A stretch of DNA of 57,482 nucleotides from Pseudomonadales bacterium (GTDB lineage Bacteria; Patescibacteriota; Microgenomatia; UBA1400; PJMF01): positions 124,734 to 182,215 of the forward strand of contig JACKFX010000001.1 in the NCBI GenBank assembly GCA_020632255.1. Direction: 5' to 3'. The first letter of the stretch is position 1, and every line of letters begins with the position of its first letter. The notes beneath the pieces were generated by a model that saw only the letters and a list, made by a program, of their open reading frames with translations, did not search any database and was not told the origin of the DNA. Shown here one piece after another: positions 1 through 8,668 of this stretch. The translations under genes and the position numbers were made by a program.

Positions 1-183
1 TCCAGGAATCAATGTTACTCGTATCCCCATTTTCTCAAGATAGGAAGCAATCAATTTTGATCTGTTCTCTACTTCAATTTCGGAAATATATTGTTGCTCG
101 GTAGGAAAATATTCTCGTAAGACCTCAGAATATAACAGCGCAATATGTTTAGGAAGGTTTTTCATATACTGATGCAGAATCAT
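1..183 (-). CDS. 5' part of a gene running off the window start; possibly an ATP-grasp / D-Ala-D-Ala ligase-like protein
   Basis: Manual translation gives an open frame MILHQYMKNLPKHIALLYSEVLREYFPTEQQYISEIEVENRSKLIASYLEKMGIRVTLIPG. Family guess rests on recalled resemblance to CPR Ddl-like N-termini. Confidence 0.45.
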   Translation of the reverse strand, partial: MILHQYMKNLPKHIALLYSEVLREYFPTEQQYISEIEVENRSKLIASYLEKMGIRVTLIPG

Positions 184-298
184 CTACATCACTGCTATAG
201 TATGCAATAAAATTCTATAAGCACAAGTAGAATAATTGCTTTTTTCTAATGCCGAAGTAATCGACCTGATCAATGCAAGCAATTCTAGGTAAAAAATG

Positions 299-1021
299 TT
301 ATTTGAGGAGTTGCGTGATAGCTTCTTCTGGAAGTTCAATGTATCTTTCTTCATCGAGATCTCCCAGATCAAATGGACCTAGTTTTGTGCGAATAAGTTC
401 GATTGTTTCGTAGCCGACTCTTTCGGTCATTCGGCGAATCTGACGGTTTCTACCCTCTTTGATGGTAATTTCAAGGAGTGTGTTTGGGCCATCGTGTGAT
501 AATACGGAAACCTCGGCAGGTTTGGTGAAACCGTCTTTCAATTTGACCCCGCGACGAAGGTGATTCAGTGCTTTGCCAGTAGGTCTACCCTCAATAAGAA
601 CTTCATAGGTTTTGGGAATCTCAAATTTTGGGTGTGTGAGTTTGTAGGCTAACTCTCCATTATTAGTCAATAACATCAAACCTTCACTTTCTTGGTCCAA
701 GCGGCCAACTGGATACACGCGCTCAGTTAGTTTTGGGATGATATCTAGGACCGTTTTTCGGTGGCTTTCATCTGAGGTGGTTGAAATATATCCAACGGGT
801 TTATTTATTAAAAAATAGCGGTGCATTTGTGGTGCCGCAATTAGAGTATCTTTGACTTTTACTACATCTTTTGTTGGATCAATACGCAACCCAATGGTGG
901 CTTTTTTACCATTTACCAAAACAATACCGCTTTCAATGAGAGTTTCCGACTTTCGTCTTGACGCTACGCCGGCGCGTGCCAGAAAGAGTTGTAGCTTGAT
1001 AGTTTTTTGATTGCTCGTCAT
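299..1021 (-). CDS. rluB: rRNA pseudouridine synthase, RsuA/RluB family, with N-terminal S4 domain
   Basis: S4 motif KLQLFLARAGVASRRKSE and catalytic motif YPVGRLDQESEGL. Start placed at the second Met (MTSNQK). Confidence 0.9.
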   Translation of the reverse strand: MTSNQKTIKLQLFLARAGVASRRKSETLIESGIVLVNGKKATIGLRIDPTKDVVKVKDTLIAAPQMHRYFLINKPVGYISTTSDESHRKTVLDIIPKLTERVYPVGRLDQESEGLMLLTNNGELAYKLTHPKFEIPKTYEVLIEGRPTGKALNHLRRGVKLKDGFTKPAEVSVLSHDGPNTLLEITIKEGRNRQIRRMTERVGYETIELIRTKLGPFDLGDLDEERYIELPEEAITQLLK

Positions 1022-1032
1022 AATACCCTGGT

Positions 1033-1707
1033 ATGAAAACATTGATTATTTCTGACTTACATCTTAACACTTGTTTCGATGAAAGCTTGTACGATTATAT
1101 CGTGAATTTGCTTGATAGAGTGGACCAAGTTATCATCAATGGTGATTTTTGGGATTACTACCTCTGTAGTTTTGAGGAATTTATCAATTCTGAGTGGAGT
1201 GGCATTTTTCCACTTTTAAAAGAAAAAAATGCATTGTATATTTATGGAAATCATGATCGCTCTATGTTTAGTGATGATAGAGTCACTTTGTTTAGTGATC
1301 AGCAGCTTGATGAGTATACACTCCATTCTGGAAGAAAAAAGATTGTTATCGAGCATGGTCACAGAGTCGCTCCAGAGATGGATGATCAGCACCCAACACT
1401 TACCCGGCTATTTAATAGATTTTATCCTCGATTTTATTTTTATATGTTGAAAGACTTGCCGATAACCCGTTTTATTAATCGAAAAATCATGTCGCCACAG
1501 AGAGAGCGAATTGATGAGTCGATGCAAAAGTACGTTGCGGAGAGTAAAACGAGAGAAGTAGATGCATTTGTTTTTGGGCATTCACATGTTTTTGATAATA
1601 TTCACACACCGGGATACTTCAACTCTGGATCATTTTGGGGCGGAATTGCTGAGTATCTCATTGTTGAAGATGGGATTATTTCCCCCATTATTGAACATTA
1701 CTGGTAA
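1033..1707 (+). CDS. Calcineurin-like metallophosphoesterase
   Basis: All five motifs in order: SDLH, NGDFWD, GNHD, EHGH, FGHSH. Confidence 0.9.
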   Translation: MKTLIISDLHLNTCFDESLYDYIVNLLDRVDQVIINGDFWDYYLCSFEEFINSEWSGIFPLLKEKNALYIYGNHDRSMFSDDRVTLFSDQQLDEYTLHSGRKKIVIEHGHRVAPEMDDQHPTLTRLFNRFYPRFYFYMLKDLPITRFINRKIMSPQRERIDESMQKYVAESKTREVDAFVFGHSHVFDNIHTPGYFNSGSFWGGIAEYLIVEDGIISPIIEHYW

Positions 1708-1716
1708 AATACCTGC

Positions 1717-2790
1717 ATGAAACAATGGTTACATCTTGCAAAGAATCCCCAAAAACTTGCTACCTACAAAATTCGAGAAAAAGTTATTGATACAATTCGC
1801 TCGCACTTTAAGAGTGAAGGCTTTTTAGAAGTTGAGACTCCCCTGCTCTGTGAAAATCCAGGAACAGAACCATATCTAGAAGTTTTTAAGACTACTCTCA
1901 AGGCACAAAACCACCAAGATAGATCCGGTTACTTAGTTACTAGTCCTGAATTATTTATGAAAAAGTTACTGGCAGCAGGAGTGGGTAGCTGTTTTCAGAT
2001 TTGTAAAAGCTTTCGAAATGATGAAGGTGTGAGTAGCCGGCACAATCATGAGTTCACCATCTTGGAGTGGTATCGTGTTGATGCTGATTACACCAAGGTA
2101 ATGCAAGATTGTGAGGAGTTGCTTCTGGCAATTTTACGAGTGGTAACGGGTGATGAGTCTGCAACAGTGCTTGAGTATCAGGGGAAAAAGTACGATTTAT
2201 CTCTTGGTTGGGAGCGAGTCACAGTGGCAGAAGCCTTTGAAAAGTATGCAGGAGTAACCACCGAGGATATGTTGTCTGAAGATGCGTTGCTACGAATAGG
2301 TAAGGAAAAAGGATACTCACTATCTAATGTGACAGATTGGGAAGAAGTATATAATCAAATTTTTTTAAATGAGATTGAGCCACATTTAGGTGTATCAAAA
2401 CCAACTATTATCTACGATTACCCTGCATCACAGGCAGCACTCTCAAAACGCAAAAAAGAAGATCCTCGTTTTGCTGAACGATTTGAGTTTTACTTGGCTG
2501 GTTTAGAGCTTGGTAATGCTTTTTCTGAACTCACCGATCATGATGAACAACGCGCCCGTATGATTGAAGATTTAGAGCTCCGCAAACAATTTGGTAAGTA
2601 TGAGTACAATGTAGATGAAGACTTTTTTGCTGCGCTCAAAATGGGTTTGCCACGAACAGGAGGTATTGCAGTGGGTGTTGATCGCTTGGTAATGCTTTTT
2701 GCCAATGTAGCAAGCGTTCGAGAGACACTATTTTTCCCAATTAATGATATCTTTGATTTTTCCGCTGATCATAGTGAAAAAGTCGAGTAG
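1717..2790 (+). CDS. epmA: EF-P lysine aminoacylase EpmA (GenX/PoxA)
   Basis: LysRS-like catalytic domain without anticodon-binding domain: FLEVETP, LVTSPELFMKKLLAAG, FRNDE..SRHNHEFTILEWY, GGIAVGVDRL. Directly upstream of efp. Confidence 0.93.
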   Translation: MKQWLHLAKNPQKLATYKIREKVIDTIRSHFKSEGFLEVETPLLCENPGTEPYLEVFKTTLKAQNHQDRSGYLVTSPELFMKKLLAAGVGSCFQICKSFRNDEGVSSRHNHEFTILEWYRVDADYTKVMQDCEELLLAILRVVTGDESATVLEYQGKKYDLSLGWERVTVAEAFEKYAGVTTEDMLSEDALLRIGKEKGYSLSNVTDWEEVYNQIFLNEIEPHLGVSKPTIIYDYPASQAALSKRKKEDPRFAERFEFYLAGLELGNAFSELTDHDEQRARMIEDLELRKQFGKYEYNVDEDFFAALKMGLPRTGGIAVGVDRLVMLFANVASVRETLFFPINDIFDFSADHSEKVE

Positions 2791-2842
2791 CAGTGCTATA
2801 CTACCAGTCTAAATCACTTCACAAAGAAATTGGAGATATGAA

Positions 2843-3409
2843 ATGAGTACACTCAAAGCTGGAAATATTCGAAAAGGTATGTACTTGATCCATAAGGAAC
2901 AACCATACTACGTGACTCATACAGATTTCATGAGTCCAGGAAAAGGCTCTGCATTTATGCGTGTTCGCTACCGCAATGTGATTACTGGTAACACCGAGGA
3001 GTTTACGTATAAATCAAATGAATCTGTCGAGGAGGCAGATGTAGTAAGCAAGCAGATGCAGTTTTTGTATGTTGATGGCTCCGACTACGTATTCATGGAT
3101 AATGGTACCTATGAGCAAGTTGAGATAGCTGCAGATTTGATTGAAGAAAAAGCAGGTTTACTTACTCCTGACATTCAGGTATATGTGCTTTTTTATAATG
3201 GTAAGGCTATTGGTGTGTCATTTCCTCCAAAAGTTCGTCTTAAAGTGACCTATGCTGAAGAAGCTACTGCTGGTAATACACAAGGTCAGGCACGAAAAAT
3301 GGTGACACTCGAAACTGGTATGGAAATCTCCGCTCCTATCTTTGTAAAAGAGGGTGACACATTGGTAATTGATACTGATACTATCAGTTACGTTTCTCGA
3401 GCTAATTAA
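2843..3409 (+). CDS. efp: Translation elongation factor P
   Basis: Loop SPGKGSAF with the modifiable Lys; C-terminal TLETGMEISAPIFVKEGD. Confidence 0.97.
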   Translation: MSTLKAGNIRKGMYLIHKEQPYYVTHTDFMSPGKGSAFMRVRYRNVITGNTEEFTYKSNESVEEADVVSKQMQFLYVDGSDYVFMDNGTYEQVEIAADLIEEKAGLLTPDIQVYVLFYNGKAIGVSFPPKVRLKVTYAEEATAGNTQGQARKMVTLETGMEISAPIFVKEGDTLVIDTDTISYVSRAN

Positions 3410-3411
3410 GG

Positions 3412-4392
3412 TTAAAATACAACCAGTGTTCTGATCACGAAAACCAAATAAATGGCAATTAATCCAAAGCCAACTTTTTTGGCGACATTTCTTCCTTTGT
3501 ACATAAAGAGCATTAGGCTAAAGAAGATGGTAATGATTAATAGTGAGTAGAGTTCCCAGTTCGAGATTGGGCCTTGTTCACCTAGCCATAGTACGATTGC
3601 CGGAAAGAGTGCTAGGTTAAAAATATTACTTCCCACCAACGTACCGATAACTACTTTGTTTTCATTTTTCCTTGATGCTAAAATTGAGAGTAGTAGTTCG
3701 GGCAATGATGTGGAGACAGCCGTGAGTGTAAGTCCAAGCACTGATGTAGCATAGCCCAAGATGTGGGCTAAGTTGTTTACAGCATTTACAGTAACGAGTC
3801 CGCCAACAGCAAGGCCAGATATAGTTGTGGTAAGCATGACTGCGTAAAAGAAATTTGGGTATCTTCTTTTTTTTGTATATAGTTTTTGAAGCTGATCGAG
3901 CAATCGTTTATCCTCATGCAATCTCCCCTCTTTTGCGGATAGGTATTGGTACAGCAGAGCTGCTGAAATGGTGATAACAAAGATAATGACTTGATTAGTT
4001 TTGCTGACACTCGAGAGCAACAAAATGACAAAAAGAACAGTTATTGCTAACAGTAACACTGCATTTTTTTGTGATTTATTAGTACCTATTCGAATGTTAT
4101 TAAAAAGAACTGCAATACCAAATATTAACGTAATGTTGGCAATGCTGCTACCTATTAGATTGGCCATAGCAAGATCGGCATCATGCTGATACAAAGATAC
4201 TCCGGTAACAGTAAGTTCTGGCAGATTTGTGCCTAGTGCAACAATGACGAGCGAGATAAATAATGGAGAAAAACGCCACTTTGCAGCGAGTTCTTGAATG
4301 ACATTGAGGAAGGCCTGCGAAGCGATTAGCATCACGGCAAGACCAACAAAAAAAGCAAGCAAAGTGGACAGGAGCATAAATACAGTATACAA
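3412..4392 (-). CDS. Calcium/sodium antiporter (CaCA, YrbG-like)
   Basis: Two alpha repeats ALGTNLPEL and AVSTSLPEL, with GSSIANI and GSNIFN; multiple TM helices. Confidence 0.9.
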   Translation of the reverse strand: MYTVFMLLSTLLAFFVGLAVMLIASQAFLNVIQELAAKWRFSPLFISLVIVALGTNLPELTVTGVSLYQHDADLAMANLIGSSIANITLIFGIAVLFNNIRIGTNKSQKNAVLLLAITVLFVILLLSSVSKTNQVIIFVITISAALLYQYLSAKEGRLHEDKRLLDQLQKLYTKKRRYPNFFYAVMLTTTISGLAVGGLVTVNAVNNLAHILGYATSVLGLTLTAVSTSLPELLLSILASRKNENKVVIGTLVGSNIFNLALFPAIVLWLGEQGPISNWELYSLLIITIFFSLMLFMYKGRNVAKKVGFGLIAIYLVFVIRTLVVF

Positions 4393-4511
4393 TTTTCTTG
4401 AAGGCGTTGTCTATATCTTGTAGGTGAGTCCACCATTTAAGTAAAGGTTCTCTCTTGATTTTTTTTAAAAAAAACCTATAATATAAGAAGTTTTTTAAAA
4501 TCCAAATAGGT

Positions 4512-4850
4512 TTGAGGAGAAAAATTGAGATGGAAAATTTCCAAATCATTTTTTGGTTTTTTGTTACCCCCATCTTATTAATGGGGGAAGCGCTAAAAAA
4601 AGCATGGGGATGGTGGAATTGGACCATGCTTTTTCAAATTCTTTTATTGGGAATAGCACTAGGATATTCCCTAATAGTTTTGATTGAGAGTTTCGTCATT
4701 GAGTTACTTGTATTATTACTTATACAAGTAGTAGGTATGTTTTTGATGAAATCTTTAATGACCCAAGGATATTTAGATAGAAGAATGCTTGTAATGCTTT
4801 TTTTATCAGGTATCTTTTTGGGAGGAGTTGTACTAATTATTTTGGTGTAG
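4512..4850 (+). CDS. Small hypothetical membrane protein
   Basis: 112-aa ORF of mostly hydrophobic segments, followed by a terminator-like hairpin. Start may be 4530. Confidence 0.6.
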   Translation: MRRKIEMENFQIIFWFFVTPILLMGEALKKAWGWWNWTMLFQILLLGIALGYSLIVLIESFVIELLVLLLIQVVGMFLMKSLMTQGYLDRRMLVMLFLSGIFLGGVVLIILV

Positions 4851-4863
4851 CTCTTAATTTTTT

Positions 4864-4892
4864 TGCCCGGCCTATGCGCCGGGCATTTTTTA
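4864..4892 (+). terminator. Intrinsic terminator-like hairpin
   Basis: TGCCCGGC-CTATGC-GCCGGGCA followed by a T-tract. Confidence 0.7.
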
Positions 4893-4904
4893 TCTTGGAA
4901 AATG

Positions 4905-6140
4905 TTAGTCAAGATCTGCCAACGCCTCTTGTGGCATCATGATTTTTTTTGGAGTGACGAAAAGAAGGAAGATGCTTATACAAAATAAAAGTAATCCTAA
5001 AATAGAAAATGAAACAGGGATACCTACGATGGAAGCCAAGAATGTGCCAAGAATTGGTCCGATTACATAGGCTAAACTACTTGAGGATCCCTGCAGTCCA
5101 ATCATTTCGGAATCATCATTTTTGAGTCGGCTCACATAGTCTTCGAAGGTGGCTTTAATTTCTGGGACTGCTATGCCGAGCAACACTGAAATAATCATTG
5201 TAATTATCAGTAACATTGGCACAGATGGCGTGATGGCGTACAATGCTAGGAATGCCCCCGCAAGAATGCTGGAAATGAGAGCGGTTTTTTTCTTTCCGAA
5301 AGGAAAAGGTAGTGATCCTAAGAAGAGACTTACCACTGCTGCGGGCACGATGTAGGCAGAAAGTAAAAAGGCTCCCAGCGAGTGTTGGTGGCTCAAATCT
5401 TCCATTAAGAGTGCTCCAATTGTCCAAAAACTGGCATCTATGGTATAGACGGCTATTTGTAGGACTAAAAGAGGCCATACTCTTTGTGCTAATACTTTCC
5501 AGATTCTAAATTCTGCCGCCCATGATTTTGTGGGTTTTTCTCTATAAATGTGATGTGCTTGTGTGTTTACAAACGCAACTTTAAAGAATATTGTCAAAAA
5601 AACTGCAATACCGAGAAATGCAAATACCGCATAAAATCCTGGCTCAAACATATCTTTAATCAAAAATGCTGCGATAGGGGGAGCTATGCCGTATGCAGCG
5701 GATTGAAAAGCCTGAAGAATCCCCCATGCTCGAGTATGTTCTTGTACGTGGACGTACTTGTGCACAAATTGAAATGACGAAAACATGTTGAGTTCAAAGT
5801 ACAGTCCCCAAATCGCCATTGCAAAAATGAGGGTCATGACGTGTTGTGGGAAAAACAAAAGTGTTCCAGGAAACAAAATTGCAGATAGCACTGTGACTTT
5901 TAGATAGAAGAAGTGTTGTTTTTGGGAAAAAATCTTAGGAAAAACCATATCGCATATGATCCCAACCACCGATGAAAAGGAAAAAATAATTCCCATTAGA
6001 GTTAGATCATTAACTTGAGACTCAATAAAGACAGGGCTAATGTAGGACATGATTGCATCTGCAAACGAGATCAAAAAAAAGATCACTACAAATGAGATAA
6101 AAACAGAGAGCTTGGGTTGTAAGCCCACTTTTTGATGCAT
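4905..6140 (-). CDS. Major facilitator superfamily transporter
   Basis: About 12 hydrophobic segments in MFS arrangement. Start moved to MHQKVG at 6140 because the upstream 104 codons of the ORF track do not look like MFS sequence. Confidence 0.85.
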   Translation of the reverse strand: MHQKVGLQPKLSVFISFVVIFFLISFADAIMSYISPVFIESQVNDLTLMGIIFSFSSVVGIICDMVFPKIFSQKQHFFYLKVTVLSAILFPGTLLFFPQHVMTLIFAMAIWGLYFELNMFSSFQFVHKYVHVQEHTRAWGILQAFQSAAYGIAPPIAAFLIKDMFEPGFYAVFAFLGIAVFLTIFFKVAFVNTQAHHIYREKPTKSWAAEFRIWKVLAQRVWPLLVLQIAVYTIDASFWTIGALLMEDLSHQHSLGAFLLSAYIVPAAVVSLFLGSLPFPFGKKKTALISSILAGAFLALYAITPSVPMLLIITMIISVLLGIAVPEIKATFEDYVSRLKNDDSEMIGLQGSSSSLAYVIGPILGTFLASIVGIPVSFSILGLLLFCISIFLLFVTPKKIMMPQEALADLD

Positions 6141-6455
6141 AGAGTAAGTATGCGCTATTTTTGAGTAAAAAGGAAGAATATGCAAATCAGCCCGCCCTTG
6201 GGGAGCAGGCCTATGATCAAATGATGAGTAAAAGGTACGGCCGTAAAAAAAGTAAATCTTAAGCACGAACTTTTTCCCTATAGTGAATTGTACTGGGTTT
6301 AGAATGGTGAGTGGTATTGATGTGTCACCATTCAGCACCCATAGCAGTGTGACTGGGATGCTATTGCAAGACGGGTCCACGGTTGTATTCAGCCAGTTGG
6401 AATCGGGGGATGGTTTCTTTACTATAGATGGGTGGGTGCAGGCCGTGTGCACCTA

Positions 6456-7301
6456 CTAGACTAGGTATTTTGTGAGATCTTCAGCAAGTAAAATCGAGTT
6501 GCCAGTTCCAAATGTATGAGTTTTTGAGATCAGTACAATATCGTCTCCTAGAACTTCTTGTAGAGCATGAGCTCCGTCTACTGTCGTACAATGACCAGGA
6601 ATGACAAAGCTTGGATTATACTCTTTGATGTTTTGCGCATGTTGTTTCATTTCTGTCTGTGAGTAATCAGTGAAGTGCATCCCGCCAATAATTCCCCGAA
6701 GTTTTCGATTGCCGGTTACTGCCATAGCTTTTTCAATAAAAGCCTCTACTGTAGGATGTGAGCAACCTACAATAAGAGTAATACCAGCTTCTTTTTGGTC
6801 TATAACGATAGCTTGTTCCATCATCCAGTCACCAATACAACCAGTAGAGAAAATATTCGAATACAGTTCAAATCCATTTTCGTCAACTATTTCTGTTGAT
6901 TGGTATTGGTTGAGCTTGATTGCATCATCTGAACTAATGGCTAAGTCGTATCCGCCATCAGGGTTTGGTTGTAAATAGCGATATTTTTCAGGATGATTTT
7001 TGATATGAGTTTCACCGAGCTGTGGAGTTAGAAAAAGACACTGTTCCTTCAGTTGATGTAGCATTGGTAAAAGTGCTCCAATATGATCAATGTGTCTGTG
7101 AGAGATGACAATATCATCAATTTTTTCAAGAGAGATGCCTATTTGTTTCAGATTATGTAAGACAGCTCCCTCAATCTCACCTACATCAGACAGGAGCTTG
7201 TAACTATTCGTTTCGATTAGAATAGATTGTCCGTGTTGGGCCAAGCAATTGTGTCGATAAGTTGTATTCTCAGCGAGGAGGGTGATCTTGAATTCTTGAA
7301 T
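6456..7301 (-). CDS. MBL-fold metallo-hydrolase
   Basis: ISHRHIDHIG (HxHxDH), GCSHP, GGMH, GHCT. The frame stays open upstream of the TTG at 7244 and encodes KITLLAENT; start codon uncertain. Confidence 0.85.
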   Translation of the reverse strand: MQEFKITLLAENTTYRHNCLAQHGQSILIETNSYKLLSDVGEIEGAVLHNLKQIGISLEKIDDIVISHRHIDHIGALLPMLHQLKEQCLFLTPQLGETHIKNHPEKYRYLQPNPDGGYDLAISSDDAIKLNQYQSTEIVDENGFELYSNIFSTGCIGDWMMEQAIVIDQKEAGITLIVGCSHPTVEAFIEKAMAVTGNRKLRGIIGGMHFTDYSQTEMKQHAQNIKEYNPSFVIPGHCTTVDGAHALQEVLGDDIVLISKTHTFGTGNSILLAEDLTKYLV

Positions 7302-7651
7302 AGAGTTATTCTACTATGAGCTGTGGATGTGGACAATACGTGGACAATGTTGCAAAAACACGACAAAGGGTGGAATGTGGGAGGTTATTAGTACGGGAGA
7401 GTGTTAGAGTCTTGGTCTCTTTTTATTTAAGTGGATTATCTAAAATATATTCAAAATGAATAAGCCAAAAAGAAGCATAATAATAATTACAAAATAAGTG
7501 CCAAATGACGTTCCAACATGTTCCTCGTGCACAAGCTCTCCATAAACAAAACAATCATTGACCCACCCCTGAAGACAAAACCGTTCGAATTGATTGGGAC
7601 AATCAGCTTACGCAATTGATTGCCTCTAGAATCAAGTGATATAATAACAAC

Positions 7652-7861
7652 ATGCTCTCAAAGTTTGGCTTGGGAAATCTCAGGAATAGAAAAAAGCTGT
7701 TTCTGTTTGTACTAATTACACTAGTAGTAGCAGTTTCGTGTCTAATTATTAAAATGACTTATCATAACTATTGCCTAAGGGGTATTAGTTGTGACGGTTA
7801 TTTGGTTAGAAATAAGTGCGTTGGTATATATGGTCGCGCAATGTGTGTCTATGATCCCTGA
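7652..7861 (+). CDS. Small membrane-anchored protein with a Cys-rich C-terminus
   Basis: 69 aa: basic N-terminus, one TM segment, then YCLRGISCDGYLVRNKCVGIYGRAMC. TGATATAAT lies 6 nt before the ATG. Confidence 0.55.
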   Translation: MLSKFGLGNLRNRKKLFLFVLITLVVAVSCLIIKMTYHNYCLRGISCDGYLVRNKCVGIYGRAMCVYDP

Positions 7862-7933
7862 GTGCGTCCGCAGGAGAAGATCACTGCAACTCTTGCAATT
7901 GAATTATGTAATAGTTCATAATTTTGCATCGGA

Positions 7934-8428
7934 TCACCTTTCATCCTGAATAGATATGAATTCTTCATCATGTGTGGGTGGTTGAAACATTTTTAAGTAA
8001 TCATTAAATTCTTTTTCTGTTATGGAGAAGGAATCTATCGGTATGTTTTCACTTCTTTTTATTGTCCGTGTTTTCATAATATCAACAGGAGTATCTATAA
8101 AATAAAGCTTAGCCACTACTCCCATATCTTTTAGGGTCTGGTGGATTTCGTCTCTTTGTTTTCTGTACCAAAAGCCATCATCAATAATTACGTTAGTGCC
8201 AGATTTTAAGCACCTTAGAGCTGTTTCAGTTGTTAGCTCAGTCATTTTTGAGTCATACTCTACAAACTTGTCTTTCGGGGGGGTATTTCCAAATATCTTA
8301 ACCATCCATTCGTCCTTCGTAAATCGTATCGCTCCCGTTTCTTTTTCTAGTTTCCGAGCAAAGGTAGTTTTTCCAGAACCAATAAATCCACAGAGAAGAT
8401 GTGCTACTGGCTTGTTTGTTTCATTCAT
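7934..8428 (-). CDS. P-loop ATPase/kinase (AAA_33-like)
   Basis: Walker A CGFIGSGKTT and NVIIDDGF. Start at MNETNK (8428); the longer ORF overlaps tRNA-His. Confidence 0.85.
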   Translation of the reverse strand: MNETNKPVAHLLCGFIGSGKTTFARKLEKETGAIRFTKDEWMVKIFGNTPPKDKFVEYDSKMTELTTETALRCLKSGTNVIIDDGFWYRKQRDEIHQTLKDMGVVAKLYFIDTPVDIMKTRTIKRSENIPIDSFSITEKEFNDYLKMFQPPTHDEEFISIQDER

Positions 8429-8502
8429 AGGGATAATTTTATCATGAATTGGGTTCAAACGTCTGCTCGTGGGTAAAGAATTTTCTTGAGAAAATTCAAT
8501 AG

Positions 8503-8577
8503 GGTGGCATACCGGATTCGAACCGGCGACCTTCGGTACCACAAACCGACGCTCTAACCAACTGAGCTAATGCCACC
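8503..8577 (-). tRNA. tRNA-His(GTG)
   Basis: Cloverleaf with encoded G-1:C73; anticodon stem TCGGT/ACCGA, loop TTGTGGT; T-loop TTCGAAT; CCA not encoded. Confidence 0.97.
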
Positions 8578-8668
8578 AAATGTGTTATTAAGAACGATAC
8601 GTATTATAGCCTGAAATTATGTTTTAGCCAAGTAACTAACAATCTTGATTATCTGATACAATTCCCTC

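Noticed and set aside
6141-6459. 104-codon N-terminal extension of the MFS ORF, and a 51-aa plus-strand ORF at 6304-6459
   Set aside because: Neither shows a recognisable motif or translation signal; kept as unexplained spacer, though a gene remnant is possible.
8503-8578. tRNA-His seeming to lack an encoded G-1
   Set aside because: Renumbering from the D-stem (G10-C11-U12-C13) shows the first G is G-1 pairing with C73, which is the normal arrangement.
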